In this document: in pieces, positions 1 through 7,671 of the stretch
How positions within the stretch are numbered: the stretch's first letter is position 1
How the letters are laid out: each line of letters starts with the position of its first letter
Origin: Vulcanisaeta distributa DSM 14429
GTDB lineage: Archaea; Thermoproteota; Thermoprotei; Thermoproteales; Thermocladiaceae
DNA length: 32,000 nt
Direction of reading: 5' to 3'
NCBI RefSeq assembly: GCF_000148385.1
Contig: NC_014537.1
Coordinates: forward strand, 1,080,001 to 1,112,000
The notes under the pieces: generated by a model
What the model was told of the DNA's origin: nothing
The model's database searches: none
Seen by the model: the letters and a program-made list of their open reading frames with translations, nothing else
Translations under genes and position numbers: made by a program

Positions 1-26
1 TAATTAAATAATTTATTTTCATTGAT

Positions 27-136
27 TGGTGCCCCGGCCGGGACTTGAACTTTCCCCGTACGCTCACTCACGTGAGCGTACGACCGGGACCTACCGGTCT
101 TCAGCCGGTCGCTCTCCCAGGCTGAGCTACCGGGGC
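27..136 (-). tRNA. tRNA-Phe (anticodon GAA) with a 33-nt non-canonical intron in the T-arm and an encoded CCA end
   Basis: The reverse complement reads GCCCCGG-TA-GCTC-AGCCTGGGA-GAGC-G-ACCGG-CTGAAGA-CCGGT-AGGTC-CCGG[33-nt insert]G-TTCAAGT-CCCGG-CCGGGGC-A-CCA. This is a complete cloverleaf with anticodon loop CTGAAGA. The insert (plus-strand 51-83) contains a perfect 11-bp hairpin CGTACGCTCAC/GTGAGCGTACG. An A/T box AAAAAACTTAAATTT (rc of 157-171) lies 21-35 nt upstream of the 5' end. Confidence 0.9.
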
Positions 137-748
137 TGGTTTTAGTTCTTCGTCGGAAATTTAAGTTTTTTGCCTTGTAATGTTGTCCTAACCCGGTATT
201 TGGGTATGGTCTCGGTTATTTTTCCGTTAGTATACTTACTCTCTTATGTTTTTGATTGATTTCATCATGCCTATTAATGTGTCCTTATCATTCCTATGCA
301 TGGGCGATGTACTCTCTGGTCTGTTGTTGGTTGATGCCTGTGTGGCCCTGGTGCTAGCGGTGTGCCTGTTTGAGTATTGTTCTTTGATTGTTTTCTAAGC
401 TTAAGCCCTGGGTCTTTCATACTTAGAATGCATCACTTGCTGGACCCTTATGAGATCCAGCGTGGTGAATTTCTCGGTGGGCTTAGTCTCGTTTTATCTC
501 TTTCACTTTCCTTAGTTTATTGAGTCTATCGGGCTTAGTCGTTAGTCATGTTGTTTTCATGGTCAAACCTTAAATACTTGCCCTGGCGTACTTATTGTGG
601 TGATTTGGATCTCGAGTGCTGAGTTTGTGATGAGGGCTCGCAAAGATGATTAATAGCTTTACTTAGCTACTTATTGCGTAATTTCACGAAATACCTGGAA
701 AGTAGTGCGTATTAAAGATTAAAGAGAAGATATTCGTGCACTGGTCAC

Positions 749-1477
749 TTACCTGCCCGCTGGGGTTGGCTGTGTGGCTAGTCCGTACTGCAGTGCTCTC
801 CTGTTTATCCACACGGCGAGCATGGTCATTGGCACTAGGCTTAGTTTGACCGTTAATTGTGAAGCCATCAGTAGCCAGATGTTTGGTACGATGCCGTAGA
901 AGGCGGTTGGTATGAAGACCAGGGTGTCTATGGTCATTGCCACCGGGTCTGAGTAACCAACCCTCCTAAGTACGCCACCCCTTAACCTACTCACGAGGAA
1001 TACGTCGTAGGTCTCGGAGATTAGGAACGCCGTTATTGAGGCAATGGCAATCCTCGCCGATGTACCCATGATACTCGCGAAGGCGCCCTGTAACCCCTGC
1101 CAGAAGGGTGCGGGTGGGTATGCAATGACCAGCCAGTTTATGATGAACACGAGTGCCTGTAAGTAGGCGGCAATCCTAACAACCCAATAACCAACCCTCC
1201 TACCATACCTAAGCGTTAGGAAGTCGAGCATTGCAACGCTGGCGCTATACGTGAATACACCCATGGGTATTACCATAGGACCCACGAACGCGCCAATCTT
1301 CGATGCCGTGTATTGACTAATCGTGAGGAGGAGCATGTAGTTCATGGCAGCCACAGGGAGCAATAGATCATCCCTACCAAACCTATGCAATAGCCACAAC
1401 ACGCCTGCAACGGCTATGTACGTTATTAAGGCGTAGCTGTAGAGTTCAGGCAGGCTTACCAGGTTATTCAATATCAT
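749..1477 (-). CDS. Multi-pass membrane protein, VUT/DUF165 (YhhQ-like queuosine/archaeosine-precursor transporter) family candidate
   Basis: The protein is hydrophobic throughout. Blocks GPMVIPMGVFTYSASVAMLDFLTLRYGRR and SITAFLISETYDVFLVSRL resemble the YhhQ/VUT family from memory. The ORF extends to 1519. I prefer ATG 1477 (MILNNLV) because an A/T box (rc of about 1500-1510, GCTTTAATACC) sits about 25 nt upstream. Confidence 0.5.
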   Translation of the reverse strand: MILNNLVSLPELYSYALITYIAVAGVLWLLHRFGRDDLLLPVAAMNYMLLLTISQYTASKIGAFVGPMVIPMGVFTYSASVAMLDFLTLRYGRRVGYWVVRIAAYLQALVFIINWLVIAYPPAPFWQGLQGAFASIMGTSARIAIASITAFLISETYDVFLVSRLRGGVLRRVGYSDPVAMTIDTLVFIPTAFYGIVPNIWLLMASQLTVKLSLVPMTMLAVWINRRALQYGLATQPTPAGR

Positions 1478-1652
1478 ACAGGTTATTCCTGACTGGCAGG
1501 TATTAAAGCAATACCACAATGCGCCAGGTTAGGTGCGTTGTTGGGTATGTTTTATTAGGAATTGATCGATTAACCTTATCACGATAATACGACATTAACT
1601 AATGCCGAGATAAACGCCTTTATACCTGTGGGGGTAATTTATTGATTAATTA

Positions 1653-1847
1653 ATGGAGTCCGTGGTTGGCCCGGTCATTGACAAGGCATTGGATGCCGTG
1701 ATGAAGAAGGTGGAGAGTGGCAAGAAGTTAACTACTGAGGACTTAGTCGTATTAATGCTTGGCATGTTTAGGGAGACCAACAGGAGGATTGATGACTTGA
1801 ATAGGAAGGTTGATACATTATTTGAAGCGTTCAATAAAAGGGGTTGA
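1653..1847 (+). CDS. N-terminal part of a coiled-coil protein, apparently split by a 1-nt frameshift
   Basis: ATG start. The product ends ...RRIDDLNRKVDTLFEAFNKRG* at TGA 1845-1847, directly after the homopolymer run AAAAGGGG (1836-1843). The heptad/hendecad pattern continues in the next frame. Confidence 0.45.
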   Translation: MESVVGPVIDKALDAVMKKVESGKKLTTEDLVVLMLGMFRETNRRIDDLNRKVDTLFEAFNKRG

Positions 1848-2214
1848 TGCGCTTGAGAATGAGATTAATGGGAGGTTTAATGCGTATGATGAGAAGATAG
1901 CCCTGCTCGATAAGAAGATTGATGATAAGTTTGCAGAGCTTGACAAGAAAATAGATGAGAAATTCACCATACTAGATAGGAAAATTGATGAGAAGGTTAA
2001 CGAGTTGATGAGGAGGATCGATGAGGTAGATGGTAAGGCTGAGTCACGTAGTAACTCATTAAGTGCTAGGATTGATTCCATAAACGCCAGGATAGATGCA
2101 ATGTACGGTGAGTTAAATGGTCGTATAAATGGGTTGGCTGAGAGGATCGATAAATTTTACGAGTTATTGGGTGGGATGTATGAGACGTTGATTAAGCAGG
2201 TAAGTGGCCCATGA
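1810..2214 (+). CDS. C-terminal part of the same coiled-coil protein (hendecad repeats LDKKIDxKFxx)
   Basis: Only a TTG is available as a start, with no in-frame ATG/GTG near the 5' end. The product is VDALENEINGRFNAYDEKIALLDKKIDDKFAELDKKIDEKFTILDRKIDEKVNELMRRIDEV..., and it reads on from the upstream ORF if one nt is removed at 1836-1843. Confidence 0.5.
   Translation: MIHYLKRSIKGVDALENEINGRFNAYDEKIALLDKKIDDKFAELDKKIDEKFTILDRKIDEKVNELMRRIDEVDGKAESRSNSLSARIDSINARIDAMYGELNGRINGLAERIDKFYELLGGMYETLIKQVSGP
1909..2040 (+). repeat. Four tandem 33-bp units encoding 11-residue coiled-coil repeats
   Basis: Units at 1909-1941, 1942-1974, 1975-2007 and 2008-2040 (gataagaagattgatgataagtttgcagagctt / gacaagaaaatagatgagaaattcaccatacta / gataggaaaattgatgagaaggttaacgagttg / atgaggaggatcgatgaggtagatggtaaggct). 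Confidence 0.8.
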
Positions 2215-2259
2215 GGGCACCGCAATTTCACTCGGGAGGTACGTACCGGCTTTATTTCC

Positions 2260-3003
2260 TCACTGTCCTGCACTATTGAGTCGAGCCTTTAACTCATTGA
2301 GTAGTGGTATTTCACTGAGCATCTCGTTTGTGACGAATTCCCAGTAAATACCGCGTGGCTTTGGGTCAACCCTATTGACCCTAATCACCCTGCTTGGGGT
2401 GACTATCACGTCCACGGGCAAGTCGAAAGGCTCCCTGGGTATTTCATCACTTACTAGCTGTAATTCGTGGACCGTGGTTATTACTGGCGTATCCTCACTA
2501 ACCTTACCCAATGTGCTCGCGATTCCCCACTCAATCTCTGCGTAGCCATGCGATTTACCTAGTCTACGTCCATTGTTTGGGTTAACTGCTACGGAGCCTA
2601 TTATTACGAGGTCTATCCTGGGCATGTCCCAGGGCTTGATCGGAACGCCCCACCTGAACATTCCCCTTATTGTAGATGCCTCACCGTAATACTGCCTCGG
2701 TATCTTACGTGGATCAAGCATTAGGAAGCCCTCCCTGATCCTTGGCGTCGGCGTTATTAGGAGTTTTCCGTTTATCAGCGTTAATTCCCTACACCTACGC
2801 TGAGGGCTGTCCGGGTTTATCTTCACCACACGGGCCTTAATGAACTCAGGAAGGGTGACAACCAACTCGCAGGCCCTATCCGCACCTACGAAGTTGGGTA
2901 TCCTGCCATAGACAGGTCTTGGGAATAGCGCCACGTCTCTCTCCTCAAGCAGCTTCCAAATCCTCTCCCTAATCGCCTGTTTAATGTCCTTAACATCCAT
3001 CAT
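2260..3003 (-). CDS. 5-formyltetrahydrofolate cyclo-ligase family protein (archaeal COG0212-like)
   Basis: MMDVKDIKQAIRERIWKLLEE...FPRPVYGRIPNFVGADRA...INPDSPQRRCR...DLVIIGSVAVNPNNGRRLGKSHGYAEIEW...TTVHELQLV...DLPVDVIVTP matches the remembered family pattern (RIPNF.GA, GSVAV..G.R.GKG.GY.E.E, VH..Q.V). The start is taken at the ATG pair at 2998-3003, although the ORF extends to 3039. Confidence 0.65.
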   Translation of the reverse strand: MMDVKDIKQAIRERIWKLLEERDVALFPRPVYGRIPNFVGADRACELVVTLPEFIKARVVKINPDSPQRRCRELTLINGKLLITPTPRIREGFLMLDPRKIPRQYYGEASTIRGMFRWGVPIKPWDMPRIDLVIIGSVAVNPNNGRRLGKSHGYAEIEWGIASTLGKVSEDTPVITTVHELQLVSDEIPREPFDLPVDVIVTPSRVIRVNRVDPKPRGIYWEFVTNEMLSEIPLLNELKARLNSAGQ

Positions 3004-3204
3004 TAATACCCATGCATATGGAGAGATTAAAATAAGCATTGCCCGTGCTTAATCAATTCATTAAGGGCAACAACCCAATAGAGGGTCCGTATTACTCAAA
3101 ACGTACTATCCCTTAAAATCACGGCGCTGTGTTCACGTGATCATGCAAGAAAAATGCCTAGTGAGTTTCGTGCTTCGTGAGCCGTAACCCCACGTGTTGC
3201 GTGT

Positions 3205-4049
3205 ATGATACAATGCATTTTAACTGTTAATGCGCATTATACCGTGCCTAAACTCTACGTGATTCCACTGGGTTTTCAGGTGGATTATGTGGTGAGGTTC
3301 CTGGTTAGGGTGGGTATTGGTGGTGGTGATGCTGTTTTAGCGTTGATACCCGAGCAGTCGGGTGAGGATGAGAGGGCGAGGTCTGAGAAGGCTTAAGGGA
3401 CCTGGGCGATTTTCTGAGGAGGATTGGGGAGTTGAGAGTGATACCTGAGCACATTAATACCAGCGACCCGACTAACTTAGTGATTAGTGTGTTCGATGCA
3501 ATTATGAAGTACGTCAATGACTACGAGTCAGTGGTGATTGCGATTACCGGCGGTGTTAGGGCTTTCTCCGCGGTCTCTCCCTTGGTAACGGCCATGCTCA
3601 GGATGGCGATTAATAAGGAGGTTAGGTTATTCGTGGTTTCGGAGAACCTGGTCGATTACCTAGACCTGACAGAAACACTACGCGTTTTTAACGTGGTGGA
3701 ATTGAGTGAGGGTTTGATCAACGTGCTTAGGGCGCTTCATGAGGTTGAGGGCTCGGGTGGATGTGTCAGGGTTGATGAGGTGGCTGAGAGGCTCGGTAAG
3801 GACTCATCGACGGTTAGGAGGCAATTATATGAGCTTGAGGATAAGGGGCTTGTGACCGGCTCAGATGGTTTAAGGCGCAGGTGCTTCTCTCTAACGTGCC
3901 CAGCCTGTGAAATCTCTAAAGAGAATCTGAAACAAGCCCCGGCAAGATATTGGCGAGGCTCTATGCTGGCTTGCAGAGCCGTCGGAAGGCGCAGTAACCG
4001 CATTTACGAGCATCACCCACCCCTTTGGGCATCCTTTCGTTGGTTATGA
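3205..4049 (+). pseudogene. csa3: csa3 (CARF + winged-HTH CRISPR regulator) interrupted by a 1-nt frameshift, or by a sequencing error
   Basis: Frame 1 gives KLYVIPLGFQVDYVVRFLVRVGIGGGDAVLALIPEQSGEDERARSEKA*, with the stop at 3394-3396. Frame 0 is open from 3387 and continues LRDLGDFLRRIGELRVIPEHINTSDP...VVIAITGGVRAFS...VDEVAERLGKDSSTVRRQLYELEDKGLV. Together these make one typical Csa3. The likely true start is GTG 3244. The 3' end overlaps the convergent cas4-like gene by 89 nt. Confidence 0.7.
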
Positions 4050-4632
4050 TAAGCCTCAACTCCTTCACGACATCCGCCAACGCCAGTTCCTTCCTAGCCA
4101 GGTAATCGGGATTCTCCGAAACAACCACCTCCACAGGCAGGGACCCAATGACCAGGTCGGGCTTTATTACGTCTGAGAAGCCGATCACCGTACCCTCGAG
4201 ACTCGGCTCCACGGCGATAGGGATTGGGTAGCCGTCGTAGACCAGGTCCATTAGTATCCTCGAGGACGCCTCAAAGACAACCTTGCCGAAATCCACAAGG
4301 TCCTTCGTTAAGTCACTCAGCAACTGTGCCTTTAAATTGCTCAATTCCTCAATAACATCGCCGGCACCAACCCTATTGACTAGCCTAAGGGGTGTCAGGA
4401 ATAACTCATGAAGCGCCCTACCAATACTCAGCGAATCATTAATCCTAGGCTGGAGCCTAAGCACCCTTCTCACATACACATCCCTATGGGTTGGGCAGGG
4501 ACTGAAGGCCTCGGACACCGTGGGCAGGTACTCAAGGCTAACCTCCCTAACCTCCTGAGACCAACCACGAAGCTCCACAGGCAAATCCCCAACACCAAAA
4601 ACCTTAACCCTATCAAGCAACCTACCAAGCAC
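3961..4632 (-). CDS. cas4: Cas4/Csa1-like RecB-family nuclease-fold protein, divergent
   Basis: It has one N-terminal Cys (SPCPTH) plus the C-terminal CGYCAFRRLC (C-x2-C-x5-C), the Cas4 Fe-S ligand pattern. RecB motif II Asp is present (IKPDLVI). Motif III reads PVEVVVS, so the E-x-K lysine is absent. Confidence 0.55.
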   Translation of the reverse strand: MLGRLLDRVKVFGVGDLPVELRGWSQEVREVSLEYLPTVSEAFSPCPTHRDVYVRRVLRLQPRINDSLSIGRALHELFLTPLRLVNRVGAGDVIEELSNLKAQLLSDLTKDLVDFGKVVFEASSRILMDLVYDGYPIPIAVEPSLEGTVIGFSDVIKPDLVIGSLPVEVVVSENPDYLARKELALADVVKELRLIITNERMPKGVGDARKCGYCAFRRLCKPA

Positions 4633-4789
4633 GAGAAAGACAATGAGCTAGGGAGTAAAAAACAGTCACATAATGCATTAATAAAAACATGGCATGCACG
4701 GTAACATGCGTGGTTTGGGGTGCATGCTTCATGGGGTTGTGCGTGATTTAAAATTGCACTGTGTGTATGGTTTCGTGCACACTCACCGT

Positions 4790-4986
4790 TTTACAATGCA
4801 TAAAACACCATTAGAACAGGCTCGGCTTTTAGGAGTAGAAATTCCGTGGGAACAACAATTCAATTCCACTTAAACACCACAAGAACAAACACGAACCACA
4901 GCAATTAAGAGCAGAAAGACGTTCCAACGGCACCAAAAACACCAAGAAGAAAAACTTAAAAAAGACCAAAACAAACCAATGCACCG
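4790..4986 (+). promoter_or_regulatory. CRISPR leader 1 with A/T-box promoter
   Basis: CTTAAAAAAG at 4955-4964 starts 32 nt before repeat 1. The blocks TTAGAACAGG, CGTGGGAACAA and GTTCCAAC are shared with leaders 2 and 3. It carries about 70 nt of extra A/C-rich sequence relative to them. Confidence 0.7.
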
Positions 4987-5506
4987 GAAGATTTCAATAG
5001 AATATTGAAAGATGTTGAGTGCACCTAACTCCCTGAGTAATTTAATCGCCTCGCTTGTATTGGAAGATTTCAATAGAATATTGAAAGTTCATTATCGAAA
5101 TGCCATAATCTTCCGAATCCTGCTATTTGAGAGAAGATTTCAATAGAATATTGAAAGATTATCATTGATATTAGGTTTCCGTCTCTTTCGATGCTCTCGA
5201 TTTCGTAGAAGATTTCAATAGAATATTGAAAGTAATGAGACGTGAACCTGTTTGGGGGGATAATGATGGAGTTGAAGATTTCAATAGAATATTGAAAGCC
5301 GTTGCAAAACCTTCCTCCAGTGTTATGAACCGCGAAACACCAGAAGATTTCAATAGAATATTGAAAGAATAGGTCGTGCGGGCTTAATGACGTGAGTATT
5401 AGTGCGTGCGAAGATTTCAATAGAATATTAAAAGTGTGGACCCATTGATTAATGTCTGCTCAGCTATTTTGTTGCAATACTGAAGATTTTAATAGAATAT
5501 TGGGGA
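4987..5506 (+). CRISPR. CRISPR array 1: 8 repeats, 7 spacers (41-51 nt), repeat GAAGATTTCAATAGAATATTGAAAG
   Basis: Repeats start at 4987, 5063, 5133, 5208, 5274, 5343, 5410 (G21A) and 5482 (5 mismatches). The plus orientation is set by the 3' ATTGAAAG tag, the leader and A/T box on the left, and repeat decay on the right. Confidence 0.97.
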
Positions 5507-5600
5507 TGAGGGTTTTGGTGGTTAGGGCGTTGTTTGGGTGTGGTGGGTCTTCTATGGTTTGGTGTGTGGGTTTTGTTGCGTTAGGGGTATAAATCCTTAG

Positions 5601-6473
5601 ATGCTGTGGTGGTTTGTGTCCCTGATCTTCGTGTTTAATTTTGGTGTTAGGTCTTCATCACCCATTGTGCTCAGTGGGTTTACTGGCTCGGTGACCATGT
5701 CCATACTCCTCAATGTATTAAACACTATCGAGCCTGGCCTCGGTGATGAGGTTCATGCGAGGAGGGGTCCTAAGCCTGTCTCGGTGACGCCGTTCATGCG
5801 TGGTGGTAGGGTTTTGTTTAGGGGTGTTTACGTGGCGCCGCCTGGTGAGGAGTTGAGGTTTAGGGTTACGGTTGTTGGGGAGTCCCTGGGCCTTAAGCTC
5901 CTCAATGGGCTTGAGGGCGTTAGGGGCGTTAGGATTGGCAGTGTTGATGCGTCGCTTGAGGTCCTCGGTGTCGAGGTTTTTAGGGTTGATGATCTTTGGA
6001 GGGTTGGTGGTGATAGGTTTAGGATTGAGTTCCTGAGCCCCGTTAGGTTTGCCAAGAGGAGTACCATGGGTAGGAGGCGTAAAGTTAGGTTTGACTTCTG
6101 CCCGAGCATCGTGAATATACTGTTCACCACGGTGAACCACTACTCAAGCGTTGTTGGGGTTGGTGAGGGCTTGAGGTCCTGGCCATACCTACTCAGGTGG
6201 GCTTATAACTACGTGTACATGAGGGATTTGAGGGGTAGGGTTGTCGCCACGAGGCATGCGGGTAGGCCTGAACTGGGCTTCATCGGGTCTGTGGAGTTCG
6301 AGGTGAGGAGCAAGAGGCAGTCAAGGATTCAGCAGTTGTGGCACTTGCTGAATTATGCGGAGTTGATTAACGTGGGTACGGGAAGGAGCATGGGATTCGG
6401 AGTAATAAGAATAACAACAAACCAAGCACAAAAACAACACGAGGCGCAGGAACCACCGGTTGAGGAGCAGTAA
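5601..6473 (+). CDS. cas6: Cas6 CRISPR repeat endoribonuclease
   Basis: It has the C-terminal glycine-rich loop VGTGRSMGFGVIRI and an RAMP-like layout (RFRIEFLSPVRFAKRS). It sits between two arrays. The start is uncertain: TATAAAT at 5588-5594 lies only about 10 nt before ATG 5601, so in-frame GTG 5616 is an alternative. Confidence 0.85.
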   Translation: MLWWFVSLIFVFNFGVRSSSPIVLSGFTGSVTMSILLNVLNTIEPGLGDEVHARRGPKPVSVTPFMRGGRVLFRGVYVAPPGEELRFRVTVVGESLGLKLLNGLEGVRGVRIGSVDASLEVLGVEVFRVDDLWRVGGDRFRIEFLSPVRFAKRSTMGRRRKVRFDFCPSIVNILFTTVNHYSSVVGVGEGLRSWPYLLRWAYNYVYMRDLRGRVVATRHAGRPELGFIGSVEFEVRSKRQSRIQQLWHLLNYAELINVGTGRSMGFGVIRITTNQAQKQHEAQEPPVEEQ

Positions 6474-6565
6474 GAGGTGTGGCCACCTCAATAACAAGGC
6501 CCATGAGGGTGCGGGAAAGGCAACTCCACATAAACTACATATAAAGTGCCGCCGGAACAACCATG

Positions 6566-6728
6566 TTGTTGAGTAATTGAATAATGCCGTGGAAACAGGT
6601 AATACCTATTTCGTGAGCATCGTGGGAACAAAGGTATGCCGTAAACGTTCATGAGGATTAATATTCCAGAGAAAATCAGGAGGAGGGTATGGGTAAAACT
6701 TATAAAAAACCTAATAAGTAACGTACCA
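6566..6728 (+). promoter_or_regulatory. CRISPR leader 2 with A/T-box promoter
   Basis: CTTATAAAAAAC at 6699-6710 starts 30 nt before repeat 1. About 163 nt align at roughly 70 percent identity with leader 3 (TTGAGTAATTGAA ... AATACCTAT ... GTACC). Confidence 0.75.
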
Positions 6729-7462
6729 GAAGATTTCAATAGAATATTGAAAGTCTTCCTAAGAAGCAGTGCCACGCCGGTTGGCAAGTAGCTGTATGAG
6801 AGAAGATTTCAATAGAATATTGAAAGACTGTATGTTTATCTGCACGCCACCACCCTGCTGAGTACAGAGGAAGATTTCAATAGAATATTGAAAGTCCTCA
6901 ACTCCTTACCGCTGGCGTTGGGGAACATCACCCTAAGCAACGGAAGATTTCAATAGAATATTGAAAGTGGATTTCGCCATAGTCGCCAGGCACCATTGGC
7001 GCTATCACCTCCTCGAAGATTTCAATAGAATATTGAAAGGTGACGCCACTGAGCGGGGTCGTTAAGCCACTCCACACCATGGTCTTTAAGATTTCAATAG
7101 AATATTGAAAGTTGAGTTCAGCGCTGAACGCCTTATCTCGATTTTAATGGACATCGTGGGAAGATTTCAATAGGATATTGAAAGGGGGACCCGATTGGGC
7201 TTGGGCACGCAATGTACTCCTCGAGAAGATTTCAATAGAATATTGAAAGACTTCCCGGGCATGGAGTCGGTCATCGCGAGGGAACTGCCCGAGGAAGATT
7301 TCAATAGAATATTGAAAGATTAGGATCGGTAGTAGGGACACCACGATAGACGGCTCACTAAGTGAAGATTTCAATAGAGTATTGAAAGGTCTTTGTCGTG
7401 AAGTGAAGGTCAGTCTTTTACCATCACCTCACGCTATGAAGATTTCATTGAATATTAATAAG
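6729..7462 (+). CRISPR. CRISPR array 2: 11 repeats, 10 spacers (40-49 nt), same repeat
   Basis: Repeats start at 6729, 6802, 6870, 6943, 7015, 7087 (G1T), 7160 (A15G), 7225, 7294, 7364 (A16G) and 7438 (degenerate). Confidence 0.97.
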
Positions 7463-7671
7463 GAGAATTCGAGAGTGTCATTCCCTGGGTGTACTCATGG
7501 GTGTTTTTAGGGCTTTAATATGGGAATTGAATGGTTAATTTCACATTTGTATGCTATGGTTGGCTTCTCTGAGGTTTAAGTGGAGTATTGGAGAGGGAGT
7601 TGTTTGTTGTTGAGTTCCGTCATGTTGCATTATGATATAAGTATTGATGGGATAGCTGATGATTCTTTGCG

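Noticed and set aside
27-60. An integrated element bounded by a duplicated tRNA 3' end (att site)
   Set aside because: By eye I found no second copy of the tRNA-Phe 3' segment anywhere in the window, so no integration boundary can be supported.
619-633. A possible C/D-box sRNA (CTGA at 619-622, GTGATGA at 627-633)
   Set aside because: The box order is wrong (D before C). No matching D box lies 50-70 nt downstream and no terminal stem is visible.
711-723. The 13-nt string ATTAAAGATTAAA, also present at 31522-31534
   Set aside because: It is A/T-rich promoter-like sequence. Several 13-mer coincidences are expected by chance in 32 kb, and the match does not extend on either side.
3205-4632. 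Calling a type I-A system from csa3 plus the cas4-like gene
   Set aside because: No cas3, cas5, cas7, cas8a or cas1/cas2 genes are present in the window. The two genes alone do not define a type I module.
4870-5420. ORFs at 4870-5073, 5070-5420 and 5171-5353 (minus strand) with the recurring peptide FQYSIEIF / FNILLKSS
   Set aside because: The recurring peptides are translations of the CRISPR repeat of array 1, so these are artefacts of repeat periodicity and not genes.
6321-6787. Minus-strand ORFs at 6321-6560 and 6488-6787 spanning the cas6 3' end, leader 2 and the first repeats
   Set aside because: They overlap a conserved non-coding leader and repeats, have low-complexity products and have no start-site support.
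7144-7374. A 76-aa minus-strand ORF inside array 2
   Set aside because: It shows the same repeat-derived FQYSIEIF/FNILLKSS pattern and lies entirely within the array.
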